Source of the DNA: Minutocellus sp. GHC0000111
Taxonomy: Eukaryota
Length of the DNA: 64,000 bases
Reading direction: 5' to 3'
Assembly (NCBI GenBank): GCA_977018835.1
Contig: OZ361256.1
Coordinates: 1,426,001 to 1,490,000 of the forward strand
Numbering within the stretch: the first letter of the stretch is position 1; every line of letters starts with the position of its first letter. The translations under genes and the position numbers were made by a program. Positions 10,342 to 22,535 of the stretch are shown here, in pieces. Below the pieces are notes generated by a model. It was not told where the DNA came from and made no database searches. It worked only from the letters and a program-made list of their open reading frames with translations.

Positions 10342-11430
10342 TCACCAAAGATATGTCTTCCCCACACGTCGCCCATGCACTTCACTGTTACCTCTATCAT
10401 CGTCCCTTCCTTTTGCAGTTCTGCCTTGATGCAGCATCACTCCATTCAAAACCATATTATTTCGCCGCAAAAGCAACCTTCCCCGACCACCGTTGTTTTT
10501 CGCACCGCCGCCATTGTTGTCCCCATTTAGATAGTCGTCAGTATTGTCATCATTTTTTCCATCGTGTTCTACGTAGTAATCATCGTCCACCTCCTGCTGG
10601 TCATTCTCTTTGGCATTTTTTTCATTGATATTGTTTGATACGGCATCATCGGTGTACCATTTACTCCCTCCACCACCGCTGCCACTACCATTCCATTTCC
10701 CCGTCTTATTGCCGTTCTTGTCATTGCTCATCTTGATGCTGGCAGAAATTACCACCACGACAAATATCAGCACCAGAGCAAAGATGAATGTGGCCTCGAT
10801 GATCTTTCGCATTGGTTTCGGGATCCATCCAAATACTGGACATGCGGCACCGTAAGCTGAGTCATCGGGAGTCCATTCCTCAGTGTCATCAAATGGCGCG
10901 GTGTAGTCCGACATGGAACTGTTGCGATCATATGATGCGCCGGCCGCTGATCGTCTACCGCCGGGAGATGGCGGCGGATACTTTGCGTCGGTTAGAGCTG
11001 CGTTCTCGTTCAGGTTGCGATTGTGGTCGGCCAAATAGTTGGAACTGTATCGCGAATACTCGTCATCGTCGTCATCACCATCGAAGTCGATGTTATTCCC
11101 CTCATCTTCGTCGGTAAAAGTACCACCACACGTTGGTGGTATTATTCTTTCTCCAGGCGGCATTATTTGTGGTGGCATTGAGTGATAATAGTCATTGTGC
11201 TGACCATCGATGGCTGGATGCTTAAGCTGGGTACCGGTACGTGAATTTGTTTCCGACTCCGCGCCGACCGCGCCGACGAGAGGTTCTTGCCGAGAGTTCC
11301 CGCCACCGTTATTTCTACCAGAGCCAAAGCCAGTAGGCCCACTCGAGGCCAGTTCTACGAGTCCCGGACTCTGTGGGTGATTGCTACTCGAGCCTCCTGC
11401 TCCAGGTCGGGGTCGCTTGAGGAATTTCAT
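10342..11430 (-). CDS. Single-pass membrane protein of unknown function
   Basis: ORF from MKFLKRP with TM FIFALVLIFVVVVISASI and Asp/Asn-rich flanks. Confidence 0.7.
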   Translation of the reverse strand: MKFLKRPRPGAGGSSSNHPQSPGLVELASSGPTGFGSGRNNGGGNSRQEPLVGAVGAESETNSRTGTQLKHPAIDGQHNDYYHSMPPQIMPPGERIIPPTCGGTFTDEDEGNNIDFDGDDDDDEYSRYSSNYLADHNRNLNENAALTDAKYPPPSPGGRRSAAGASYDRNSSMSDYTAPFDDTEEWTPDDSAYGAACPVFGWIPKPMRKIIEATFIFALVLIFVVVVISASIKMSNDKNGNKTGKWNGSGSGGGGSKWYTDDAVSNNINEKNAKENDQQEVDDDYYVEHDGKNDDNTDDYLNGDNNGGGAKNNGGRGRLLLRRNNMVLNGVMLHQGRTAKGRDDDRGNSEVHGRRVGKTYLW

Positions 11431-12016
11431 CGACAATATTTATTGGTGGAGTACGAGTACTTCAATGTCCAAAAAAAAATTGGAAAGCGGACCGGGAAGT
11501 CGGAGCACGCGTTGTGCTCGTTTTGGTCAGAGCCAAGGTCTCGACCAATATGAATTGGCTATCATTCAACGAGACCAATTCTGACGCGTTATTCCGTTGG
11601 CGTTGGGTTTGCCTTTGTATGCTTGCGCCGTCTTCACTCGCCTTGCTGCATTCGCCTCTTGCTTGTCTTTGGTTGGTTGACTGGTCGGCGAGGTTGGCCT
11701 TGGTTTGGTGATAGGTAGAAAATGTATTTTGAGTTTTTCCAAAAATGGGCTTCCCCCGAAACCGCTACAGAGGTGAGAAAAGCTCTCCTGCTTCCTGTGT
11801 CGATTCACCAAGCATGACATAAGTGGAGCTGCTGACGCTTGACCTGCCACATGCCAAGCCAAGAAAGCAAGGTCCAAGGCAGGTATAGGTACTTCGTCAT
11901 TCTTCCAGCCATCCAGCAGCAGCAAATCAAAGGCAAAGCGAAGCGGATCTTGCCTTTGATAATAAGTAGTAGAGTAGAGTCAGAGTGCCCCACAGAAACG
12001 AAGCCAGAGCAAATAA

Positions 12017-14428
12017 ATGGTGCTGGTAAGACGACAACCTCTCCCCGTCAGGCACACCGATCGATTCAGCAGGGGATTTGGCAACAGCAAATATGAGCCA
12101 CATCCCGGAACGCACAACGGTGGTATAGCACAGCAATGTTTCAACGCTGCCCGGCGCATACTATATCTGATCCTACTTGGAGGAATTATTGCATTTGCGT
12201 TTCATTGGTCATCTCAGGACTCAACAAGTGAACATGTATCGGCAGATGAGACAAGGAAGGAGCAAGACAATGCCATCGATAACGACGCATCTTCAGCTTC
12301 TTCAATCCCGGCGGCATTTTCGTCAGCAACTACCACAGCAGACACAAGCACCGAGGGCAATGCGAATGGTGGTAGAGTAATGACGCAGGTGGATGAGCCT
12401 AAAGTCGAAATGTCGGCGGTGAATGACCAAACGAAGGCGGCGGACGAAAACTCAAATAATATCATTGCAGCTGGCGGCCAAGTCGGGAATGATACCGACC
12501 AAGATAACAGAAAGTACAGACAGGGCACTTCCCCCGAAAACGACAATGCCGACGGAACCAAGGATGCTGTCAAGAACAGCGGTGGGACTGGCGAAGAGAC
12601 CGATGCTCAGAGCACCGCCAGCAACAACAAAAAGGCCATCGAGGGCTGGCCGGAAGAATGTGCGGTGTATCTTGCGCCGAGCACAATTCCAAACTCGGGC
12701 TACGGCATGTTCACAGCCATTGACCTCCCCGCGGGCACGCAAGTTGGAGCTGCCGATATCACCGTCCCCTTTGTCGATATCGACTGGCACAACAAAGGTC
12801 ACTACAAAGACAAAGACTATCATTTCCTCTATCGCAACTACGTTTGGTCCGGCAAATCCATGCGCATGCGGGACGTTGGCGAAAATATTGCCGTGATAAG
12901 TCACGGTGCAGGAGCGTTGGTCAATAGCCATCAGGGGCTGCTCAATCTACGTGAAGGTCTTCCAACGTACGATGCCGCCGGCCTTCACCGATCTCGGGAC
13001 GTTGGTGCTGGGGCCTTTAGTCCATACCACGATCGACGCGCCAACGCGTTCGACTTTGTACCGGCGGGAGCTGAACTGTTTGTGGACTATGGTACCAATT
13101 ACTTCGTTAGCCGGACTAAAAGTTGGGGATACATACCCTTGGCAGAAGACTATCAACGGGCAGATCAATTCCTCAAGACGTTTGATCAATTGTACAAGGA
13201 CCGGCTGGCCAATTCTTCTTCCAGCGTAACAATCACAAACGCAACAAAAGAGGAATTTTGGAATCTAACGCGGCATGAATTCTTCCACTCAAATGAAATC
13301 AGGGTGTTTAATGCCCTACCTGAGACGTTTGGCGATGCCACGTTAGCTATTGAAAAGGGTGGCATCAAGCACGTTATCCGAGAAACTAAGTCGGCCGAGT
13401 GGTTCAAGAAGAATGGCAAATGCATTGATAACATTCGACCTCAGCCTTCCACAAATATGCAGGCGGGACGAGGTGCATTTGCCACCCGATTTATTCCAGA
13501 GGGCGAACTTGTCATTTCGGCTCCCCTCATCCACAGTCCAAGAGGTAGAGATGTGTTCAAAATGTATGCCCAGAACAAAACGAACGATCGAGGCAATTTC
13601 GTTAGAGGTGACTCTGAATCGGCTATTCACGTTGGATATCAACTCATGATGAATTACGCCTTTGGACATCCTAAATCCTCCATGCTCATGTCTCCGTACG
13701 GCCCGGGGGCATCATTCATCAACCACAATTCGACTAGTGCTAATGAGCGATTGCAGTGGGCGGATGCAAATCATGATTGGTTTCAAAAATCCATTGAGTG
13801 GTTAGAAAAGGATGATTTGGCTGGTGCTCAGCTTTTGCTCGATTTTGTGGCCACAAAAGATATACTACCGGGGGAGGAGGTATTTTTGGATTACGGGAAG
13901 CCCTGGCAGACTGCATGGGAGAAGTATGTTGAGAACTGGTCCCCGCCTGCTGACTCTGAGAATTGGGTGAGCGCAGACGACATGAACAAGGTTGCAGATG
14001 AAAAATATCAAGTTTTACGAACTATGGAGGAACAACAAACGGATCCGTATCCTTCAAACATTGAGACGTGGTGCTATTACAATCTGCCGCCTCTGAAGAG
14101 AGGATTACCAATTACCAAGAAATGGAATAGATTGGTTGACTCTCAGAGATGCCAGCCATGTGAGATAATATCCAAAGAGGGATGTGGTCCATCGGCATTG
14201 TATACTGTCAAGTTCCTGGAGCAAAAGAGTCTTCTGGGCAGATATGGGAGCAAGGATAAGCTTCCTGGTATACCGAAAGGTTGTAGCCTTACGGTTTCCG
14301 ATATGCCGAGAGAGTCAATCAAATTTGTGGACCGACGGTACTCTGGCGATTTGTTCCTCCCCGGTGCCTTTCGACACGAGATTGAGGTCCCTGGCGATAT
14401 ATGGCCAGAGGCTTGGAAGAATTTGTAA
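12017..14428 (+). CDS. Type II membrane-anchored protein with two SET-like domains (diatom-type luminal SET methyltransferase)
   Basis: N-terminal TM ILYLILLGGIIAFAF. First SET: YLAPSTIPNSGYGMFTA..NSH..GAELFVDYG. Second SET: AGRGAFATRFI..FINHN..ATKDILPGEEVFLDYG. Confidence 0.88.
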   Translation: MVLVRRQPLPVRHTDRFSRGFGNSKYEPHPGTHNGGIAQQCFNAARRILYLILLGGIIAFAFHWSSQDSTSEHVSADETRKEQDNAIDNDASSASSIPAAFSSATTTADTSTEGNANGGRVMTQVDEPKVEMSAVNDQTKAADENSNNIIAAGGQVGNDTDQDNRKYRQGTSPENDNADGTKDAVKNSGGTGEETDAQSTASNNKKAIEGWPEECAVYLAPSTIPNSGYGMFTAIDLPAGTQVGAADITVPFVDIDWHNKGHYKDKDYHFLYRNYVWSGKSMRMRDVGENIAVISHGAGALVNSHQGLLNLREGLPTYDAAGLHRSRDVGAGAFSPYHDRRANAFDFVPAGAELFVDYGTNYFVSRTKSWGYIPLAEDYQRADQFLKTFDQLYKDRLANSSSSVTITNATKEEFWNLTRHEFFHSNEIRVFNALPETFGDATLAIEKGGIKHVIRETKSAEWFKKNGKCIDNIRPQPSTNMQAGRGAFATRFIPEGELVISAPLIHSPRGRDVFKMYAQNKTNDRGNFVRGDSESAIHVGYQLMMNYAFGHPKSSMLMSPYGPGASFINHNSTSANERLQWADANHDWFQKSIEWLEKDDLAGAQLLLDFVATKDILPGEEVFLDYGKPWQTAWEKYVENWSPPADSENWVSADDMNKVADEKYQVLRTMEEQQTDPYPSNIETWCYYNLPPLKRGLPITKKWNRLVDSQRCQPCEIISKEGCGPSALYTVKFLEQKSLLGRYGSKDKLPGIPKGCSLTVSDMPRESIKFVDRRYSGDLFLPGAFRHEIEVPGDIWPEAWKNL

Positions 14429-14940
14429 TATAATTATGCCGTGATTTAGAAGTGACATAATGACTTCAATTTGGCTGCCGAATAGAAAAAATATTTTGTT
14501 CGGTCAGTCAGTGGGTCTCTTTGCTTAGATAGATCTACATTTTGTCATGAATATCCTTCTAGATCTACATACGTGCCTTCTTGTATGTAGTTTGCATGCA
14601 CCTAGTACGTACATGTAGCTATTCCCTTACACCGAAACTAAAGAATCAAAACCTAGCTAGAGAGGCAGTGGGCTGTTTGGATTGGCACGGCGTACGATGA
14701 GATTGCCTTGAACCAACGGCGATGATCCATCTTCATTCAGGTCGACCACCTCTTCTCTCTTTTACCTCTTTTCTTCTTCTTTCCTTCTCTTCCCCTTTTC
14801 TTTTTCGTTTTCCCCGCCCCAATCCAGCTCATGCCATACTAGCCTACAGTAGCTAGCGCTAGTACCGACCAGCATTGCTCATTGCTCGGTCAAAGATTGA
14901 GCCCGGTCTACGACGCAAATTACCCAGCTATCGTAACAGC

Positions 14941-17317
14941 ATGACGCCTCCGCCAGACTACGTCATCTCCCTGGCTCATCCAGGACAGCCCCTGCTGGAA
15001 AGCAGCTGCTACACCAGCCGGACCATCGAGGACATCCCGCACGGCAGTGACGGCAGGACCATCACCGTGCGGTTCGATCATATTGCCGACAACGACGGCT
15101 GCAGAGACTTCACCGATGGGTGGGCAAATACCAACCAGGACGGGAGGAAAAAGAAGGGCCAGAAGGAGTGGAACCAGATGCAAAAGGAGTCGAAGAAAAA
15201 CAAGCTCAAGAAAATGTTTGACAAGAACGGGGAGTTGTTCGCACGGCTCGTGGCCGAGGCCATCGCGAACGGGGACGCGGTACCTTCCGCCGGCGCTGCA
15301 GATGACGCTCGCTCCCATACTCGCACTCGTGCCCGCGCTCGTGTTCGTGCGGAAAGCAATGCTGGCGAGCGGTTCGGTCATGAGAACGGCGAGCAGACCG
15401 GGGCCGGGGAAGAGAAGAAGGAGGACGGCGATGCCGGAGCCGGTGCCGGTGCAGCAGCTTCACCCGGCCTCGGGGCTGGTGCTCGTAGAGGTGAGGTACA
15501 ATTCGAAATGCGCGACGATTATCCCGGCGAAATTATCATTGCGGTCCCATCGCCTTTCAGCGACAACATCGGGGACTACTCCTTTCGCCTCGGAAACGGG
15601 GAGGTGGTCCAATCGAGCAGCGGCGTTCTGACGGCCTTCCAGAATGAGCTCGAGCTTCCGCTGCCGGCCTCGGCGGCGGTACCGGCGAAGAGGAGGAGCA
15701 GGACGAGGAGGATGACGAGGGTGCCGGTGTCAATGGCGGTATCAATGGTGGTGATGATGACGCTATGGCCGCTCGAGCTGCCGCCGGCGGTGATGCCGAC
15801 GATGAGATTCCGCCCGCCGACGACGATGCCGACGATGCGGCGGCCGACCCTCCTCGGCCTCCTCGGCTTACCATTCCCACCAATGCCGATGCCGGCGCCG
15901 ATGGGAATGGGAATGGGAATGCCGCGGGGGGTATCGGCGGGTTCAATACTCCTCCTGCCGGCGTTGCCGATTCGGGGTCCGGCCAGCGGGGCGGAACGAG
16001 GAGCTCCGGGTCCGGGAGCAGCTCCTCGGCTCGTTCGGTGCTGAGCAGCATCGGCAACAGCATCCGCAATCGCAATCGCCGTCGCAATCGCGGCCGCAGT
16101 GGCAAAGGTGCCGCCCGCAATCTGCGGGAGTTCCTTCGGTCGCCGGGGAGCAGCAGCGGCAGAAGCAGCGGTACTCCGCTGTCAAGGTCGACGTCGACGT
16201 CGGCTTCGGCTTCGGGTGAAATCGGCCGAGTGGACGCCGAGGACGGAGATGACGGGGGGTGGACGATGGACGCCGGCGAGTCCCCTGTCGGACGGGATCC
16301 TCCTCCCGACGACCAGGTCCCAATGGTACACGTAGACGGGGTCCCAAACGGCGGTGGCGGTGGCCGTGCTCGTGGCAATATGCACGGTGATCCTATGTAT
16401 GACGGTGACAATGAAGGTGATGACGATGACGATGACGATGACAATTTCGAGGTCGACTTTACCGGAAATGGGGTCGCCGACGACGACCATCGAGGTCGCC
16501 GTCGTGGTGGCCACCGTAGCCTTGGGACCGGTACGTGCACCATGCGTGGTACTAGTAGTAGGCCCACCAGTCCCAAGGGCAGACTGCGTGGGGGCGATCT
16601 GCGCGATCGTTCTTCTTCTTCGCCTCCTTCTCACGGAGTTGGCCGGGACCCCCCCCCAGCATCGGCCTTTCGCCCGCTTCCTCCAACGGATACTCGGAGG
16701 GAGAAGGAGGCCGTGAGGACCCACCGACGTGGGGCGATCTGGTCGTCGGTCCTGGCGCCGATCTGAATGTCGGTGCTGGTCTGAATGCCGTTGCTGGTGC
16801 TGGTGCCGTCGCTGGTGCCGGTTTGGGTGTGGGCATGGGTTTAGGTGATGGCAGTGGCGTTGGCGGCCAGGCAGGATTAGACGGCGTCAGCATGTACGAG
16901 ACCGCCGCAGAGGAGGTTGAGGATGGTATTGAGGAGTCTGAGGAAGAGGAGGACGACATCAGTCTTGATGGAGGCAATGGTGTCGGAGACGACGGCACTG
17001 TCGCTAGCAACATTTCCGGTGGACAGTCTTTGTCCGGTGTAGGCGCGGGTGCTGGTGCAAACAACGATGACATTCTTGCCATCATAGCGCAGATGCAGGA
17101 AAGGATCGACGCGTTGGAACAGGAAAACGATAGACTGAAACATCAAGTCAATGAATTGGAGGATATTTTTGACAGGGAGCAGGAGCTTGTCGCTAGGAAG
17201 GACGCCAATGCCCGGAAGCAGAACGAGATTTTCGAGAAAAGATTGGCCGGATATCAGGAACGTGAAGACGAAGTTTGCAATCTTTTGGAGTCTATTAGAG
17301 GAAAACTAGGGGGATGA
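14941..17317 (+). pseudogene. Frameshifted paralogue of the 51070-55797 gene: shared N-module, half of the repeat domain, low-complexity region and C-terminal coiled coil
   Basis: 14951-15284 is near-identical to the reverse complement of 55454-55787. IIIAVPSPFSDNIGDYSFRLGNGEVVQS matches the second half of the repeat domain. The reading frame shifts near 15650 and near the C-run at ~16650. Confidence 0.6.
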
Positions 17318-17987
17318 GGGACCTACAAATAAATAAATGCATTCTGCATTTATGCGCTCTCCCTGCCCGCCACTTGCGTAGGGATGAGAACGTCTAAAGA
17401 ATACACTAACTGCATAACCTCAATAAAAAAACGCCGATACGACGTCGTACCTGATTTTTAAGCGAAGTAGTATTCCACCGATCCTACTGAATACCAAGTA
17501 GATCAAAAAAAAATTGATCGGACAGTCTCTGCGCTTTCATTTCTATAATACCATTATGTGTAAAAGTAGGCACGATGTGCCGATGAGACGGCGTTGACTC
17601 CTGAATCTAGTTTTCCACTGCCGGCATAATAACGGGAACTAACTGCCGATGCATCCAATGCATCGTATGGATAATTGCCGCCGTGCTCGCCTGTCGATAA
17701 CTTGACTTGATGGTCTCTAGCGTTCATTTTTTTCTTTTATGATAGTTGGCCTTGTTGGTCTTGAAGGTGATGCTCGTTGGTCGGACAGTTGACACGACAA
17801 AAGAGGCACAAACCTGCAATAAGACGAAGCAGTGTGTAGGAGGCCCGATGAGGATGAAGAGATGACAAGACAAATGGGGTTGAGGGGCGTAGGAAAGGCG
17901 TACGAAGCCACAAGTAAATTGTAAAACGAATTGTAAAATCAACGAGGCACACTTTGAATACGTACCGACGACGGCAGAACGACCGGC

Positions 17988-18413
17988 TTAGATGTAGCCA
18001 TAGATGTGAAGAAGAAGTATGCCGGCAACGTGAGAAAACATCTGGAACAGGAGGCGAAGAGCACGGCCCCAAAAAAGGCGACGGGCGCGGAGCTGGTCCT
18101 GCCACTCCTGAAGCTAGCCAAGTGCCTCCCGGAGCTGGCCGAGTTCCTCCCGGAGCTGGCCGAGTTCGTTCTCGTTGCGACTCTGAGCGCGGGATCGAAG
18201 CTTTTTGGACTGACGGGCACGGCGCTCACGGCGCTCCTTTTTCTCTGACTCGGAATCGGAATCCTCGGAGAAAACAGGCCTGTCGTTGTTGCAGTAGCCA
18301 CAACGATGGCGGTTGTTACGGGGAGGGTCGTCCTTGCCGCCTCCACTACTTCCCTCGCCTCCGAGGCCACCAGCGCTCCTGCGCGCCAGAGTTATCTCAC
18401 GAGCGATGACCAT
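17988..18413 (-). pseudogene. Small coiled-coil protein with a hydrophobic C-terminus, interrupted by an in-frame TAG
   Basis: Reads ...ELGQLREELGQLREALG*LQEWQDQLRARRLFWGRALRLLFQMFSHVAGILLLHIYGYI*. The TAG at 18116-18114 sits where the heptad repeat predicts CAG. Confidence 0.45.
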
Positions 18414-18813
18414 CTTGTTCCTGTCGAGGTGGGGCGGAAAGAAAAGAGATGATCAAGTGTGCCGGTGGTGAGTGAAAATGGGGATAGGAAGAAAAGGAAA
18501 GACAAAAGCACACTGGGGGGGGGGGGAAGACCGACAGTATTCTTCCAACAAGTAGGGTGACAGTGCCGATCAGATCGGGCCGAGACGATTTTGACGTACG
18601 ATCGATCAAACAAACAAAACGAACGGACCAGCAGCCGAACTTTGCAGACGCAAAATGAACCACGCCAAGGCCCGGCACGGCGCCTCGAACAAAATAGTAC
18701 AGTCGTATCGTCCAATCGGCCCGATACGAACAACAATCCGATAATAACAAAAGGAGCTAGCCAAAGCCAAATAAATTTTCCGAGCCCGTCATGGACTCGA
18801 TTGCTGCCACCAG

Positions 18814-18870
18814 TACGCCGCCGTACGCCACAACCGCGACGCCGCCGTACGCCACAACCGCGACGCCGCC
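18814..18870. repeat. 24-bp tandem repeat (~2.4 copies)
   Basis: acgccgccgtacgccacaaccgcg repeated. Confidence 0.9.
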
Positions 18871-20356
18871 GCAATTAAAAACAGTACCCGCCGGCCACCG
18901 TGTAACGATGCCAATAAAAAGGAGGCACCGCGGCCGTCCGATACCACCGCACGCAGGAGGGAGTACTCACCAGTCAATTCAATTGAGCAGAATGGAAAAA
19001 GTGAACGTTTGACTGCCCGCCGGTGCGAGCATTGCGGGGCTTTTCGTCCGTGAAAAAAACGGGGCCAAATACCAAAAAGGGGGGAATCATTTTTTTTATT
19101 TTCACAAAGAACAAACCAAGGGTAGGCGCAGTAGCATATGCTACCTGCGCTGACCCGCAGTACAGCCATGGTTGTGGAATGAAAGAGGTCGGGAGGACGA
19201 GATGGTGGCTGAGGTCAGCAGTGCAGTGATGACAGTGGCGGCATCGATCGATGCGGCCGCCCCCGATCACATCAGCGAATACTTGTTTTTTTTCAATTTA
19301 CCGAAGGCGAACTGAAATAGCCTGCTTGCTTTTCGTAAAATTTCGGATTCAAATTGTGAAGACCCGCCACCATACTACTAGTACGTAGTATCACCACGGT
19401 GCCACCCATCCGACAATCCATCACATCCACCGGGATTCCTATCGTCTTTCGTTTCTCGCTCAGTGCTACTAGTAGCATCTCAGCAGTGGTGTTGCCTTTG
19501 CACTTAAAATTTCAACAAAAAGTCCACATCGCTGCATCTAAAAAACCACGAGTTGGGGGTTATCATATCGTCTTTTCCTCGAATCCGCTCCCTGGCCGAA
19601 CGCATCGGCCGGACCAGAAGATGTTGATTCAGAAAAGAAACGTCAGATTGTATGCAGAAATTACTTGGAAATGCCAAGCCCACGAGCTGAAGGCAAACGA
19701 AATGTATTAAAGACACACCGGATGTGTAATTGGCGGCGATTCTTTTGACGACATGTTATGTTGATTTGTTGGGGTGGTTCGGTTATGGCAGTTTGCCAAT
19801 ATTTGATCGAGGCGAACAGATGAATTTATGGACAGATCGGCATGTGCAACTTGAATTACGGGGGAATTCCTAAGTTGACAATTACGAGTATTCGTCTGAA
19901 TATGATTTTGGCAGGGCAGTCAAAGATGATAAATCGGAATTTCTTTTCCTTCATTCGATACTTTCAATAATGGATTGGCTTGATGTTGCACAGGCGCACT
20001 CGACGTCAACGCCCGAGGCGCTTGGCGCATGCCGGTGACATGAAAGTGGTCGGTTAGAAAGATTCGAAAGAAAATAATTCACTAACAATATGCCTCCTGA
20101 TACATCATTTGGTTTTTGTTTACTTATGTAACCATCACTTCATGTAACAGATTCCTAGATCTAATTTTGTCCCATGCATCACGAGGAAACGGGAAAATCC
20201 ACTGAATAGCATGTAAAGAAATAGTTCCATCTGGATTTGAAATGTTGAGTTGCTTATAAACATGTACCAATGCTAGATCTGTCGTGTATACGATCGTGGA
20301 GCCCAGGTGTACTTTACCGATGCGCCAACATCGATTCATCGATTCCTTTTCTACTT

Positions 20357-20482
20357 CTAGCGGAGTTTGGTGCCATCCTCAACGGCCTGCAATAAATTCT
20401 GAGCTTCCTCCTGAACTTCCTTGCACTCGTTCCGATGACATTTATTAGGACAGGCCCAGTGGATCTTTCGGCATTCCCTACT
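20357..20482 (-). pseudogene. MYND zinc-finger gene remnant
   Basis: SRECRKIHW...HRNECKEVQEEAQNLLQAVEDGT matches the C-terminus of the 48323 ORF. The first Cys pairs are missing. Confidence 0.6.
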
Positions 20483-22073
20483 GCCTTGCCTATCGCGTTG
20501 CAGCGCCGCCGTCTCGACCCTCGACACAGAAGCCAGCATCATTATCTTGGAAGATATCCCAAATGAAGCCCAAATTCCAAAACAGACATTGCAGATACAG
20601 TCAGATATCGCCTTCACTTACTTCAACGACGTCCTTGAGGGCATTTCAAAAGGATTTGCTGCGAATCCTGTAAATCCATCCTTCACGTTGGGGGTAGTAC
20701 TGGATGGGTGTACGTTTGGATGCGTCGACATACCGGTGCTGATGTGTGCTAAACCGTCCCATCAAATCGATCAACCCATCTACTTCATTTGCCTTCCTGC
20801 CCATGTTTTCTTCCTTCGACTTATTGGTATCTCTCAAGGACAGCGTTTTCCCCCTGTCGCTAATCGTAGACGAGGACCTAAAGCATCGACCAATTTACTT
20901 CTCGGCACCCTCCATGTGTCGCTGTGTCGGATCGCCGTCCGTACGGCAGTGGCGGCTTGGCTCGTTGTCGTATCCACACCTTGAGATTTAAGATATCTCC
21001 GACCGTGATCATGCCGGCGCCTCACACGAAGACTGGCCATAAAAAACAGAATCACGACCAAGATTTCGTCATATCCCCATGTCCGTGGGGGCATGACTTC
21101 TCCCTTGGCTCCCCGGAATCATACCTCTTGGGAATATTCATCATCGGTCTCAGGAATCGAGGCCGACTGCATTTCCCTTCTACGCAAGAAGCCGAATGAA
21201 CCTTTTTTTCTTTATTATTATCCATGCTATGTACTCTCCTAGCTACGTAGTATTATCTTAGCCTGGCCCTGCTGCCTCCTCCTGTCCTCGCGAGCAAGTC
21301 GCCTCATTCTCGGCAGGAGGGGAAGCTGGCATGCCCACCTCAATTTTTTTACTTATGCCCCACTTGAAGTCAAATTTTCAATTATTGCGCCAATACAGTC
21401 GCAGAATGCGCCGTCATGCTGCTTGCCACAGCACCAACATCGCTCACATACCGTCATGCATGACCTGCAACCATGGCCGCCCTCGAGGGGAGATTAGCTA
21501 CGTAGCTACGTAGCATGATCTCTCGCGCGCCGCATCAACAAATAAATCAATGCAGCGAGCGAATTCCGGGTTTCCCCCGAAATTCGCGAAATTTCCCCTT
21601 CAAAAAGTTCCGTTTGCTTTTCGCCTGTCGCCATAATTCCTCGAGAGGATTGACAACAACCTTCCAACCAATTGGTGAGTATCGTCCGCGGAACTCCTTG
21701 CGGGACAGCAATCAACGAGGGGTGGACCAGGCGGTCGTTGGTTGTTGGTGCGCCGGGCTATTGAAGGCGCGATCGCACGCCGGCGGGCGGTGGTGTGGCT
21801 CGAACGCAGTGCATAATGCGCTCGATTATTTTGGCTTTGTTCGGTTTCGTTGTCGAATCGGCGGCAACGGTACTCCCCAGATCCTCTCCTTCGGATAGAA
21901 GAGGCGGGTGGTGTCCCTCGAGCGATTGTCGTGGCGGCATACCGTGTGGGTCGGATGGTGGTGTGCATTGATTGACCGCTCGTCCCGACTCCACTCAAAC
22001 TCATTATTCTCGCCGCTTGTTTATTTATTTGTTCTTTTGCCATCATTGCATCATACCGACCGATATCCAGATC

Positions 22074-22535
22074 ATGTCGAAAAATCTTGGTCGTGGACGC
22101 CGTAGCTGCGGCGGTGGTGGTCGTCGTGGCGGTGGTGGCCGCGGTGGTCGCAGTAGAGCCGTTTCGCCCTCTCCATCTCCCGAGCCCACTCGTCAGCAGC
22201 GGGAGCAGGCTGCTCGTGAGCAGCGGGCTGCTCAGCGGGCTGCAGATCAGCGTCAGCGAGAGATCGCGGCCCGCGCCGCCGAAGAGGCCATGGTAGGAGT
22301 AGAGAAGCGCCTGGCTTCGGATGGCGCTGCCAGAAACAGGCATATCGATGGATTGGCGGCGGATTTCGCCTTCCTCGAGGGCCGTTTCAATCGCTTTGGA
22401 GGCCAGGTTCGTAGTACGTTTGCGGCTGTTTTCGGAGTTCTCGGCTCCGTGGTTTTTGTGCTCTTTTTCGTGGTCGTGGGCATGCTGTTCGTCCTGGATG
22501 TCCTCCGCCGGAACGGGCTCTTGGACTCTGAGTAG
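22074..22535 (+). CDS. Small protein with RG-rich N-terminus, coiled coil and C-terminal TM (tail-anchored-like)
   Basis: MSKNLGRGRR...REQAAREQRAAQRAA...FAAVFGVLGSVVFVLFFVVVGMLFVL. Confidence 0.6.
   Translation: MSKNLGRGRRSCGGGGRRGGGGRGGRSRAVSPSPSPEPTRQQREQAAREQRAAQRAADQRQREIAARAAEEAMVGVEKRLASDGAARNRHIDGLAADFAFLEGRFNRFGGQVRSTFAAVFGVLGSVVFVLFFVVVGMLFVLDVLRRNGLLDSE

Noticed and set aside
19131..19144. Match to the EBV EBNA1 binding palindrome (TAGCATATGCTA)
   Set aside because: A single short palindrome with no viral context; coincidental.
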